Virus record (IMG/VR): IMGVR_UViG_3300025087_000689
Length of the DNA: 64,000 nucleotides
DNA from: a virus
Taxonomy: Duplodnaviria > Caudoviricetes
Reading direction: 5' to 3' (one strand)
Below are positions 25,563-34,814 of this stretch, one piece after another (positions within the stretch are counted from its first letter, which is position 1; the number at the start of each line of letters is the position of its first letter). The notes under the pieces are model-generated. The model worked only from the letters and a program-made list of their open reading frames with translations. It searched no databases and was not told where the DNA came from. The translations under genes were made by a program, and so were the position numbers.

Positions 25563-28556
25563 ATGACTAATTCGATCTTGTCGCGAATTAAGGGTTTCTT
25601 TAGTGTACCTGTGCAAGATATATATGAACAGGATAAAGCAACTCTTTCATTAGTAACTAATACTAAAGCCACTGGTAATCCTAATCCAACGCCCGTGTCT
25701 ACTAAAGCTGTTCATGCTGGTATGGTATACAATCCATCTCTATCCAGTAAAAATGGCGAGGAAATGTATACTCCACCAGAGTATAATCTCTCTGTTATTG
25801 CCAATTGTTTAGATACAGATAGTTATTTTCGCAGAGCTGTTGAGAAGTACGTTGAGCTTATTTGGAAAGCTGGTTATAGTTTCTATGGTAAAAATCCTAA
25901 TGCTGTAGCTTATGTTCGAAAGAGATTTGAACAAATTGGTGAAGTTACCGCGAACCCGACAGATCAATTATTTAGAGATATTAGTTATCAACTAGTTGAG
26001 TATTCTAATGTTTATGTTTCCAAAGTGCGAAATATGAAAGCATCCGGCGGAAAAGAACGTAGAACTTTTACGGGACAGTTGTTAACACCAGTTGCTGGAT
26101 ACTTCATTGAAGATTCTGTTTCTATGCAGTTAGCTGTAAAAGAAAATGGCGATCCGATAGGTTATAAACAATGTATTCCTGGTTCTAGAGAATGGAAGAT
26201 CTGGAGACCTTGGAATATGATTCATATGGTCCATTCGAGAAAACCAGGACTTCGAGTTGGCACCCCTATGGTTTGGCCGGTGCTTGATGATATTAGGGCT
26301 TTACGTAGAATAGAACAGAACGTTGAACTTCTTATCTTCCAACATACAATTCCACTCTTTCAATATATAGTGGGAACAGAAAATAGACCAGCTCAACCAG
26401 ATGAAATCGTATCAGTAAAACAAACAGTTGAGAGAATGCCTCCAAATGGTTGTGTTGTAACTCCTGAAAGACATGAGATTAAAGCTATCGGATTAGAAGG
26501 AAGTGCTATTGATGTTAGTACTTACCTTGATTACTATAAGAACAGAGTTCTTTCTGGTCTTGGTATGTCTGGTGTTGGTATGGGTGAAGGTTGTCATGAT
26601 GAAAAAACAGAAACTTTAACTGAACATGGATGGAAAAAAATTAATGAAATAGGTTTAACTGATAGAATAGCCACATGTAATCCCATATCGAGAAAAATAG
26701 AATATCATATTCCAAATGAACGTTTTGTTGCAAGATATACAGGTGAAATGGTTTGCATGAATACTAAACACGTTAATTTTAAGGTAACACCTAATCATGA
26801 AATGTGGATATGTAATGATCCTAAAATTAATACATGGAAGAAAATAAAAGCAGAAGAATTAATAGGTCATGGACCAGAAAATTTTTCCTTTTTAGAAAAA
26901 ACTGAAGGAAAGATTAATTCTGATATAAATGAATTTATAACTATTAATAACATTCCTTATACATGTAAGAATACTAAACAATTAAAATTTCAACCATTAA
27001 TATTTAATAAAAAATATTTTTCTGAATTTTTAGGTTACTTTGTATCAGAAGGTTCTTTAGAAACATCTAATCATAAATTCAGAATAATTTTAACTCAGAA
27101 AAAAGAAGATATCTTACAAAAAATGATAGAGTGTTTAGAAAAATTAAGTATAAACTATTCTAAATCTATTGATAAGGGTGGTTGTACTAATATAAGTATC
27201 TATCATAAATCATTATATATTTATTTATTAAATGAATGTGGTAAAGGTTGTTATAATAAAAAAGCACCTAAATTTTTAAAAAATGAATCTGATGAAATTA
27301 TTAATATGTTTTTAGAAGCCGCAATTGATGGTGATGGAACAAGATGTAAGAAAAAAGGAAGTTCGCATAGTACTTATTATACTACATCAGAACAGTTAGC
27401 AGATGATATACAAGAATTATCTATTTTAGTTGGGCGTACAGCAAAAAAGAAAAAATATTATCATAATGAAGATAAAAAAGGAATAGGATATATTTATAGG
27501 ATTTTTATAAGTAACCGAAATTCGATTTTTAGACATGTAAAAAGAAAAGATTTATATAGAGAATATTATCATGGTTATATATATTGTTTTAATGTACCAA
27601 ACCATTTATTTTTAACTAGGAGAGAAGGTAAAGTAACAATTCAAGGAAATTCTACTTCTAATAAAGGTACGGCTATAGTCCTTGATAAACACCTAGTTAA
27701 TAGTTGTGGTATGTTTCAACAGGTCTTTAAAATGAACGTTGATGAATTCATGATTAAGGAGTTACTTGCTGAAGGTGGTTTTGATACGAGTTATATTAAT
27801 GAAGATAATAAGGTTGGTATTCTATTCCCGCCCATTGATACCGAGGAACAACGAGCCAAAGAGAATCATTATGCTCAAATGTATACTCAACATGCTGTCA
27901 ATGAAGATGAAATGAGAAAAGAATTTGGCATGGAACCTATGCAAGATGGTGAGAGAGATAAGGATTATTTTGAGTTAATTTTAAAACCTCTGGAAATGAT
28001 TAAGGCAAAACTTGCCCAGGAGACGGCAATAATTGCCGGACAAGCAAAACCAGTAGTAACTAAGTCACTTTCAGGTGCTTCCAAAGTACATCGTCCAAAT
28101 AAAGTTGGAGCTGCCAAAGAAAGACCGACTAACCAGCACGGACAACTTGGAGCTAAACCTAGAATTCCAAAGAATGATGAAGTAGAACAACTTCTTGATA
28201 TCTTTAAAGATACAAAAAATGATCTTATAGATTCCTGTATAGATGCTGTAAAGGAAGACGTTCCACTCCTAACTAAGTTAACTGGTATTAGAAAATACAA
28301 TTTTGAGAACTCAAAATCCATTATTGAAAAAAAGAAAGCTGAATCAACATTAGAAGATAAAGAAGCTTTATATGGAACAGCTATAAGGACTTTGGATGAG
28401 TTATATGATAGATTTAGCAAGATTCAAGACATGAAACATGTTGATGATCTTACAGTTAGAATCAGTTCTTTATTTTCTACTTTAAGTGTTCGAATTGAAG
28501 GTTATTACGTAGATGATGTTGAAGATACTATAAGTGACTTGAATTCAGATAGTTAA
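25563..28556 (+). CDS. Portal protein containing an intein
   Basis: N.IHM, G.P, DDIRALRRIE, P....VG, R..SGLG, NEDEMR..FG.EP motifs; position before the protease. Confidence 0.88.
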   Translation: MTNSILSRIKGFFSVPVQDIYEQDKATLSLVTNTKATGNPNPTPVSTKAVHAGMVYNPSLSSKNGEEMYTPPEYNLSVIANCLDTDSYFRRAVEKYVELIWKAGYSFYGKNPNAVAYVRKRFEQIGEVTANPTDQLFRDISYQLVEYSNVYVSKVRNMKASGGKERRTFTGQLLTPVAGYFIEDSVSMQLAVKENGDPIGYKQCIPGSREWKIWRPWNMIHMVHSRKPGLRVGTPMVWPVLDDIRALRRIEQNVELLIFQHTIPLFQYIVGTENRPAQPDEIVSVKQTVERMPPNGCVVTPERHEIKAIGLEGSAIDVSTYLDYYKNRVLSGLGMSGVGMGEGCHDEKTETLTEHGWKKINEIGLTDRIATCNPISRKIEYHIPNERFVARYTGEMVCMNTKHVNFKVTPNHEMWICNDPKINTWKKIKAEELIGHGPENFSFLEKTEGKINSDINEFITINNIPYTCKNTKQLKFQPLIFNKKYFSEFLGYFVSEGSLETSNHKFRIILTQKKEDILQKMIECLEKLSINYSKSIDKGGCTNISIYHKSLYIYLLNECGKGCYNKKAPKFLKNESDEIINMFLEAAIDGDGTRCKKKGSSHSTYYTTSEQLADDIQELSILVGRTAKKKKYYHNEDKKGIGYIYRIFISNRNSIFRHVKRKDLYREYYHGYIYCFNVPNHLFLTRREGKVTIQGNSTSNKGTAIVLDKHLVNSCGMFQQVFKMNVDEFMIKELLAEGGFDTSYINEDNKVGILFPPIDTEEQRAKENHYAQMYTQHAVNEDEMRKEFGMEPMQDGERDKDYFELILKPLEMIKAKLAQETAIIAGQAKPVVTKSLSGASKVHRPNKVGAAKERPTNQHGQLGAKPRIPKNDEVEQLLDIFKDTKNDLIDSCIDAVKEDVPLLTKLTGIRKYNFENSKSIIEKKKAESTLEDKEALYGTAIRTLDELYDRFSKIQDMKHVDDLTVRISSLFSTLSVRIEGYYVDDVEDTISDLNSDS
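26592..27650 (+). mobile_element. Intein (353 aa) with LAGLIDADG endonuclease in portal
   Basis: CHDEKTE start, VTPNHEM block B, GYFVSEG and IDGDG, YCFNVPNH...QGN followed by Ser. Confidence 0.92.
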
Positions 28557-28568
28557 ATAAAGTATACT
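28549..28568 (+). promoter_or_regulatory. Promoter-like site ending in TATACT (TTGAAT-18-TATACT) upstream of the protease
   Basis: Same -35 hexamer as the TerL promoter (begins about 28539); spacing 18; no SD before ATG 28579. Confidence 0.45.
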
Positions 28569-28578
28569 ATTATTAACA

Positions 28579-30012
28579 ATGACAAAGAAAAACATAGCTA
28601 TTATTCGAGCCACTGACGCGGGGTTTGTAAACTGTAATAACACCTGGTATCTTGAAGAAGATATGGCTAATGCTGTTTCTACTTGGACGGATCCTTTTCA
28701 AAAACCTGTTCTTGCACATCACGAAATAAAAAAGGATGCTATTGGAAGAGTACTTTCGGCAAAATATATTCAACTAAAAGATTCTAAGGGAAATAAACCT
28801 CGCGGATATATTCAGCTTGAAGCAGAAATTACAGATGCTGAAGCTGTAACAAAGATTAGAGATAAAAGATACAATACGGTTTCGATTTCAACTGATGCTC
28901 GCACTGCTGTTTGCTCAATATGCAATCATGATATTGCTAAAAATGGTTTGTGTGAACATGAGAGGGGAAAGAAATACGACGGTAAGAAATGCTTTTGGTA
29001 TTTGGGCGGTCTTAAGTATAAGGAAGTATCGTACGTGAACGCACCAGCGGACGAGTACGCCGAAACTGAAAGATTCGAAGAAAAGGAAGTTACTATGGCA
29101 GTTCAAGACTCTGTACAAGTTCCAAAGTTCACTTTTGTTGATAATACAGAAGAATGTGAAACTTGGGAAGATTATACAGAAGATGATCTAGCTCTAGCTC
29201 ATTGGTTGATGATTGAGATAGATAGTGAATTATCTGAAGAAGATAAGGTATTATCCACTAAAACCAGAAAAACAATGAAACCATCCTCATTCTGTGGTCC
29301 AAATAAATCATTTCCCGTCTCGGATTGTTCCCACGTAACCGCAGCTAGAAGATTGATTGGTAAGTATAAAGGTCCTGGAGACAAGACTAAAATACTTAAC
29401 TGTGTCAATCGTAAGGCTAAGGCAATGGGTTGCGATAGTAGTAAAGATACTTTAATAACAGAAGGAGATTCAATGGCAATTACATTGAAAGATGCTCTTG
29501 AAACCGATGCGGTCAAACAGCATATCGACTCCGAAATTCAAAAGGCAACACAACCTTTAAAAGATCAACTCGTTGGCATGTCAGCTTTATCTGAAAAAGT
29601 TGCGACGTTAGAAACAGGTGTGAAGTCTAAGGATTCAGAGTTAGCATCAAACAAAGAGACAATTAAGAAACTTGAAGATTCTGTAACAGCAATGAAAACA
29701 GAAATTCACAAGGGTCTTGTTGATCGCGTTTTTGATCTGCGGAAGAATCTGCAGAAAAAAGATGTAATGGCTCTAAAGGACGATAAGGAAGTAGAAGTCT
29801 TCAAGGCTGAACTTGCGAAACGTACTGATGAAAGCCTTAAAGACGCCGTAGCAGATCTATCTAAGGAAGTAGTTGTAGAAGTTAAGGCAACTGATACTTT
29901 AGTATCTACTCCTGATAAAATAGAAACTGCAACTGAAGATGCTACGAAGATAGCACCTATAGTTGGCAAGTCTCGTAAAGAGACTGTTAAAGACATTATC
30001 TTCAAAAATTAA
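28579..30012 (+). CDS. Prohead protease fused to a scaffold-like coiled coil
   Basis: KPVLAHH, AIGRV, VSI, EVSYVN.PAD motifs; C-terminal heptads; position between portal and capsid. Confidence 0.85.
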   Translation: MTKKNIAIIRATDAGFVNCNNTWYLEEDMANAVSTWTDPFQKPVLAHHEIKKDAIGRVLSAKYIQLKDSKGNKPRGYIQLEAEITDAEAVTKIRDKRYNTVSISTDARTAVCSICNHDIAKNGLCEHERGKKYDGKKCFWYLGGLKYKEVSYVNAPADEYAETERFEEKEVTMAVQDSVQVPKFTFVDNTEECETWEDYTEDDLALAHWLMIEIDSELSEEDKVLSTKTRKTMKPSSFCGPNKSFPVSDCSHVTAARRLIGKYKGPGDKTKILNCVNRKAKAMGCDSSKDTLITEGDSMAITLKDALETDAVKQHIDSEIQKATQPLKDQLVGMSALSEKVATLETGVKSKDSELASNKETIKKLEDSVTAMKTEIHKGLVDRVFDLRKNLQKKDVMALKDDKEVEVFKAELAKRTDESLKDAVADLSKEVVVEVKATDTLVSTPDKIETATEDATKIAPIVGKSRKETVKDIIFKN

Positions 30013-30026
30013 GGGAGGATTTTCTA

Positions 30027-31172
30027 ATGGCTGATTTAACTTTTACAAATCAAGGTCTAAGAGCTCAAAGCCTGAGAGCCGCCCCGTCGAAATATGCGAA
30101 GTCAAAACTTCGTTATAATTTTGAACAGTCTGAAGGTCAGAGATTGGCCGAAGTGTTTTATCCTTGGAAGTACCTTCCAGTACAATTCCAAGATATTGCA
30201 ACTGAAGACTTTGTGGTGATTCCAAAGGGCAAAATCGTATCCGCTATTGGATACGGAGATTACGTAGGTGCGATGGAGGCTACTGCTGCTGCCACATCTG
30301 GTATTCTTGCAAATCCACATGCGAGTGGTTCGATTCCAGTTTTCTCTAACCGTGCTGGTACTGTTGTAACAGCTAACATGGATTCAGATTTCTGGGGTTA
30401 CAATGAAAGTGTTTGTAGTCTTCTGGTTCCAGCTAATGGTGGTCAGGATCGTACGACTGCGAATCTCTATGAGTATACAGCGAATGACGTAACAGCTGGA
30501 ACATATAGAGCTGGAAACGTTCTTGCCGCAGACGGCGATGACGTCGCTGGTCCAGGTTGTTCTGGAAACATTCCTATCGGCGTTGCTATGTACGATATCT
30601 ATCAGGATATTCGTGGTAAGAACCTAAACTACCAGCAATGGGATAAATGGGGAACACTGTCTGACTTCTATGTAACAGTGCCTTTCATCCGTGAGGGTTT
30701 TGGTGGAACTACATTCAATAAAGGCTTATCGGCTTTTGATCACGCTGATGACGTAGCATCTATTAGTGCACTTCGCAATATGACGTTCCTTACTATTCCT
30801 TCTGGCACGTATGCTCGTACAGGTTGTACTATTGCACCTGATATTCGTGGTAACTACGTTATTGAACACACGAATGCAGTATTAAGTGATGTTGCTGGTG
30901 TTTCTGGTGCTGCTAATCCAACAATTCAAACAGTTGGTCGCCTAATAACATTAGACACAAGATTCCCAAAGGATCTGTTACAATATGTTGATACCTATGA
31001 AGGTTCACAGATGGCGGGTACTGACACTGGTGGACTACCTTACTGGTTATTCATCTTTGCCTATAACTATCTGACAGCTGCTACAGGATCTGCTCCTGCT
31101 ATTAGTTCTATCGTCGACTACGTTAAATCGGGTCGTTTCGGTATGGCTCGTATTCAGTTGCACATCAACTAA
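30027..31172 (+). CDS. Putative capsid decoration or cement protein
   Basis: Immediately before MCP; GGGAGG SD; beta-rich. Confidence 0.5.
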   Translation: MADLTFTNQGLRAQSLRAAPSKYAKSKLRYNFEQSEGQRLAEVFYPWKYLPVQFQDIATEDFVVIPKGKIVSAIGYGDYVGAMEATAAATSGILANPHASGSIPVFSNRAGTVVTANMDSDFWGYNESVCSLLVPANGGQDRTTANLYEYTANDVTAGTYRAGNVLAADGDDVAGPGCSGNIPIGVAMYDIYQDIRGKNLNYQQWDKWGTLSDFYVTVPFIREGFGGTTFNKGLSAFDHADDVASISALRNMTFLTIPSGTYARTGCTIAPDIRGNYVIEHTNAVLSDVAGVSGAANPTIQTVGRLITLDTRFPKDLLQYVDTYEGSQMAGTDTGGLPYWLFIFAYNYLTAATGSAPAISSIVDYVKSGRFGMARIQLHIN

Positions 31173-31186
31173 GGAGGAATAAATAA

Positions 31187-32458
31187 ATGAGACAGTTTAA
31201 AGATGAAAAAGAGAAGAAAGCCTATGCGAGAGTGTATGATGCTTTCACAAATAATGGAGAGATCCAAGGCGAAGACAGTGTCGTAACTGTTAGCGACTTA
31301 GTAACTTCTCCAGACGTAGCTCGTTTTATTCCTCAGGTTGTAGAACAAGTTGTACGTGAAGCCCTCGAACCAAACCTAGTAATCGTTCCTAATCTGTTCC
31401 AGGAAGTACGTCTCGAACGTGGTTCCAGAGTTCAGATCGGTGCTCTAGGTGCCTTAACAGCATCTGAAGTAGCTGAAGGTGGCGAATACAAAGAGAATGA
31501 TATGCAAATGGACGGTGGTGACATGGTCGCCGTAACCGTTTCAAAACACGGTCTTATGATTCGCGTGACTGATGAAATGATTAGTGATAATCAGTTCGAC
31601 GTTATCGGACTCTGGCTCCGTGCTGCAGGTCGTGCTCTTGCTCGTCACAAAGAACAGTATGCGATGAGAAAAATTAATGAGTTTGGTATTGATATTTTCA
31701 ATAACACAACTCCTGCTAATGCTATGTATGGCTCAACAAGTGGTCGCGATATCACTGGTGCCGGTAACGGTTCCATGACACCCGAGAACATCTGGGACAT
31801 GTATGCTGAATTGCTGATGAGGGGTTTTACTCCCGACACAGTTCTCATGCATCCTCTTGCATGGCGTTGTTTTATGTCAGATCCTGAGATGAGAGAACAG
31901 GTTCTGAATGGTGCTACAGTTGCTACACGTCAGATGCCCGCTGGCTCGACTACTTCTGGTTGGGGAACATCCCATAATGGATATGGTCTGAGAACACAGG
32001 CTACTGGTGCAACAACTGTTGATCCTATAGCAGTTGGTACATCTGGTAAACTTGGTGCATCTGCTTGGGTAAATACACTCAATGCTCTTGGTGCAACAAT
32101 GAACATTGCTCCTAAGTTCCTTCCTGGTCCTCTGCAGGTCCTTGTAACACCATACGTGGTTTACACTCCTCCTGCTACTGCGGCTGCGACACCTTATAGT
32201 GGTCGTACTACAATCACAATGGTTGATTCCAGCCGTTGCGGTGTGTTAGTTACCCGCGATCCTGTGTCGACAGAGGAATTCGACGACCCGGCTCGTGATA
32301 TCAGAGCACTGAAGATTAAAGAGAGATATGGTTTTGCTGCTCTCGAACAAGGTAAGTCTGTCGTTCTTGCGAGAAATGTCGCAATTGCGAAGAACTACGT
32401 GTTCGAAAACGCGAACAATGTTACTCTTGGCAATCTCAATCCTGCTACTGCGTACTAA
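31187..32458 (+). CDS. Major capsid protein (HK97 fold)
   Basis: EVAEGGEY, KHGLMIRVTDEMISD, R.LAR.KE, KERYG motifs; AAGGAGG SD; followed by terminator. Confidence 0.92.
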   Translation: MRQFKDEKEKKAYARVYDAFTNNGEIQGEDSVVTVSDLVTSPDVARFIPQVVEQVVREALEPNLVIVPNLFQEVRLERGSRVQIGALGALTASEVAEGGEYKENDMQMDGGDMVAVTVSKHGLMIRVTDEMISDNQFDVIGLWLRAAGRALARHKEQYAMRKINEFGIDIFNNTTPANAMYGSTSGRDITGAGNGSMTPENIWDMYAELLMRGFTPDTVLMHPLAWRCFMSDPEMREQVLNGATVATRQMPAGSTTSGWGTSHNGYGLRTQATGATTVDPIAVGTSGKLGASAWVNTLNALGATMNIAPKFLPGPLQVLVTPYVVYTPPATAAATPYSGRTTITMVDSSRCGVLVTRDPVSTEEFDDPARDIRALKIKERYGFAALEQGKSVVLARNVAIAKNYVFENANNVTLGNLNPATAY

Positions 32459-32473
32459 GAGTGATTCTAATGT

Positions 32474-32507
32474 GGCAGGGGGAGGATTTTCTCCTCCTGC
32501 CTTTTTT
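32474..32507 (+). terminator. Intrinsic terminator after MCP
   Basis: GGCAGGGGGAG / CTCCTCCTGCC stem followed by T6. Confidence 0.85.
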
Positions 32508-32532
32508 GTTCTTTAAATAACGGAGGTTTTGA

Positions 32533-33165
32533 ATGGTTGAGAAAATTGAAAAGGAAACTGCGTCTAGAGAAAAACGCCTGGCTAAACCAGGTGACGTAGT
32601 TGAATTAATTGTCGGTGAACAATGGGTTGATGATTTAAGTGGGATCTCACTATATAGAGGTTTCTATCGTCTTGCTTCAAATGCAGAATTGCAAAAGGAT
32701 AAAATCGCTAAAGAATTTGGTTACATTCGCGAAGATGAAATTCAACCAACTTGTGTTATTCCAGAGGGTCGCGATCTTTCAAGAGTCGAAAAAGGATTAC
32801 GTCTTGGAATCCTAAAGATCTACGATCCCAAACATCCTACTGAATATAAAGAACGCATTCCACCACAACATCGTAGAGTTAATGATGCAACTCAAGATAG
32901 TGGTTCACGATATTCGTCTCCTGACGATGAAAAGATCGCCACTATTCTTAAGATGAAGTATGGGGATTTTCTAATCGAACTAAAGAGATACAAATCTTAT
33001 CCCATGCTCGAGAAAATATACGAGGCTGAATGCGAAGGTAGAAACCTCACAGCGGGTCCTCGTAAAATGATAGTTGAAGCGATTCGTTCTCGCATGAAAG
33101 ATTCAGATGTTGGTGGAGTATCTAAAATTACATCCAAAGTTAGTGAGATTATAAAGATCGAGTAA
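32533..33165 (+). CDS. Hypothetical head-associated protein
   Basis: GGAGG SD; follows MCP; C-terminal E..G.N...R..I..AI helical motif. Confidence 0.65.
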   Translation: MVEKIEKETASREKRLAKPGDVVELIVGEQWVDDLSGISLYRGFYRLASNAELQKDKIAKEFGYIREDEIQPTCVIPEGRDLSRVEKGLRLGILKIYDPKHPTEYKERIPPQHRRVNDATQDSGSRYSSPDDEKIATILKMKYGDFLIELKRYKSYPMLEKIYEAECEGRNLTAGPRKMIVEAIRSRMKDSDVGGVSKITSKVSEIIKIE

Positions 33166-33168
33166 ATA

Positions 33169-33765
33169 ATGGCAAAACTATATATAGTTGATCGGTATCC
33201 TGCAGAATACGCGTCTGGTGTATATATTAATGACATGGTGTGGGCACAGTTTTCTGTGCCTATTTCATCTGGAACCGCTACATATTACAACTTCACAGTT
33301 AATGAGAAAAACACATACGATCCAGTAGATGGATCTGTAGAAGTTCGTGGTATTTCTGGTGGACTAAATAATGCTGTTATCGTCTTCATGACGACTAATG
33401 GTTTTAAAAGAAATACAGAATACGCTGTTTTGGCGTCTACAGGATTAAAAGCCAAAGATACTAATGATTATCTAATTGATGATAGCGTGTGGTATTTTAC
33501 CACTGGTACAGGAGTCTATTCTGGATTAATAGGTGGTGTTGACGCTATTGTTCCAAGTGGTATTACAGAAGATAGTACTTCTGGTGTCATTGGTGCTGAT
33601 CCCAGCGGAGCCGCACTTGAAGTAATTGAAACCATTCCAGAAGATTTTGAATCTAACGTTTCACTTTCTCTCCCCTATATTGGTATAAGATTCACTGGAG
33701 TAATTCCAAGTGGGGTTAATTTATACGACCATATTTCTTTAACATCCAAGAAAGTTTTAGGATAA
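33169..33765 (+). CDS. Ig-like (SbsA/Big_5-type) domain virion protein
   Basis: IVDRYPA..ASGV.IN.......F and V.F.....F...TEY.V...W.FTTG pattern. Confidence 0.6.
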   Translation: MAKLYIVDRYPAEYASGVYINDMVWAQFSVPISSGTATYYNFTVNEKNTYDPVDGSVEVRGISGGLNNAVIVFMTTNGFKRNTEYAVLASTGLKAKDTNDYLIDDSVWYFTTGTGVYSGLIGGVDAIVPSGITEDSTSGVIGADPSGAALEVIETIPEDFESNVSLSLPYIGIRFTGVIPSGVNLYDHISLTSKKVLG

Positions 33766-33766
33766 G

Positions 33767-34804
33767 ATGGCTGTAACACTTACATTTACAAGACCTGTTA
33801 ATTATAACTTATCTTTCTACGAGGTAGGTCAAGCTAGTAGCGAAACGACAGCTTTAACAGTTGTTGCTTCAGGAACTGATATTGGTAGTTTTCCAAGTTG
33901 GATAACACAAGTTAGTTATTCTGGTGCTAATACGTTCTGGTATAGTGTTCGTTTTGGAACTGATGATGGTTCTTATACTGCTTGGTCTTCCAGAATGTAT
34001 GGTAGATATGGTGCTGGTGGTGGATATTTCTTAGTCCAACCATCCGGTTCAGATTGGGTTTATCTTGTACCTCCACAAATTTCTGGTGTTGTGCCCACTT
34101 GGTTAGAATATAATAGTGAATATACAGTTACAATAGATTGTTCTGGACTTTATGCATCCGGCACCAATTATATGCTATCTGATTATGAATTTACTTTTAC
34201 ATCTGAATATTGTCCTCTTTGGTCTACAATGGAATCTGTTAGATTAACAGTGGGACCTCTTATAGATAATATTCCTGATGATACTATTAATCGTATGATT
34301 CATAAAGCGTCTCATCAGGCTATTACAAGATTTCTTATTGGCACCAATGACTTCGGATGTAGTTATACAGATGTACCAGAACCGCTCTATCGATGGGTAA
34401 CATGTGCGGCGGGTACAATGGCTTTAAATGCCGCAATATCATCATCGACTGGATTTGGAAATACAAGTAAAAAACTTGGTCAGTTTGCAGTAACCTATGA
34501 TGCACTAGCCGGGACTAAACCAGCCGAAATTAGAAAGAACTTAAGTGATTGTATGGAAGAAGCTTCGATTTCTATTCAAGCTCTTCAAGGCACTCTTTCT
34601 ATGTATGCTGTAAAATCTCTAGAAAATTCTTACCTACGTCATCCAATGAGAGATCCTCAATGGGGTAGACATCCTCGCAAAGTTGATCAGAGTGTACAGG
34701 GTCCTTGGAGAGGTGCTACTAATGATATTCAAACTTATGAAGCCACGGATGTAATCACATCAGACGAGGTGACCGTACCTTCCGGTGCCATCATATTAAT
34801 TTAA
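33767..34804 (+). CDS. Head-tail adaptor or neck protein with N-terminal beta domain
   Basis: C-terminal half ...VRL..G..I..IPD..I...I..KKLG.F.V.Y resembles adaptor proteins; position. Confidence 0.5.
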   Translation: MAVTLTFTRPVNYNLSFYEVGQASSETTALTVVASGTDIGSFPSWITQVSYSGANTFWYSVRFGTDDGSYTAWSSRMYGRYGAGGGYFLVQPSGSDWVYLVPPQISGVVPTWLEYNSEYTVTIDCSGLYASGTNYMLSDYEFTFTSEYCPLWSTMESVRLTVGPLIDNIPDDTINRMIHKASHQAITRFLIGTNDFGCSYTDVPEPLYRWVTCAAGTMALNAAISSSTGFGNTSKKLGQFAVTYDALAGTKPAEIRKNLSDCMEEASISIQALQGTLSMYAVKSLENSYLRHPMRDPQWGRHPRKVDQSVQGPWRGATNDIQTYEATDVITSDEVTVPSGAIILI

Positions 34805-34814
34805 GTGAGGTACC

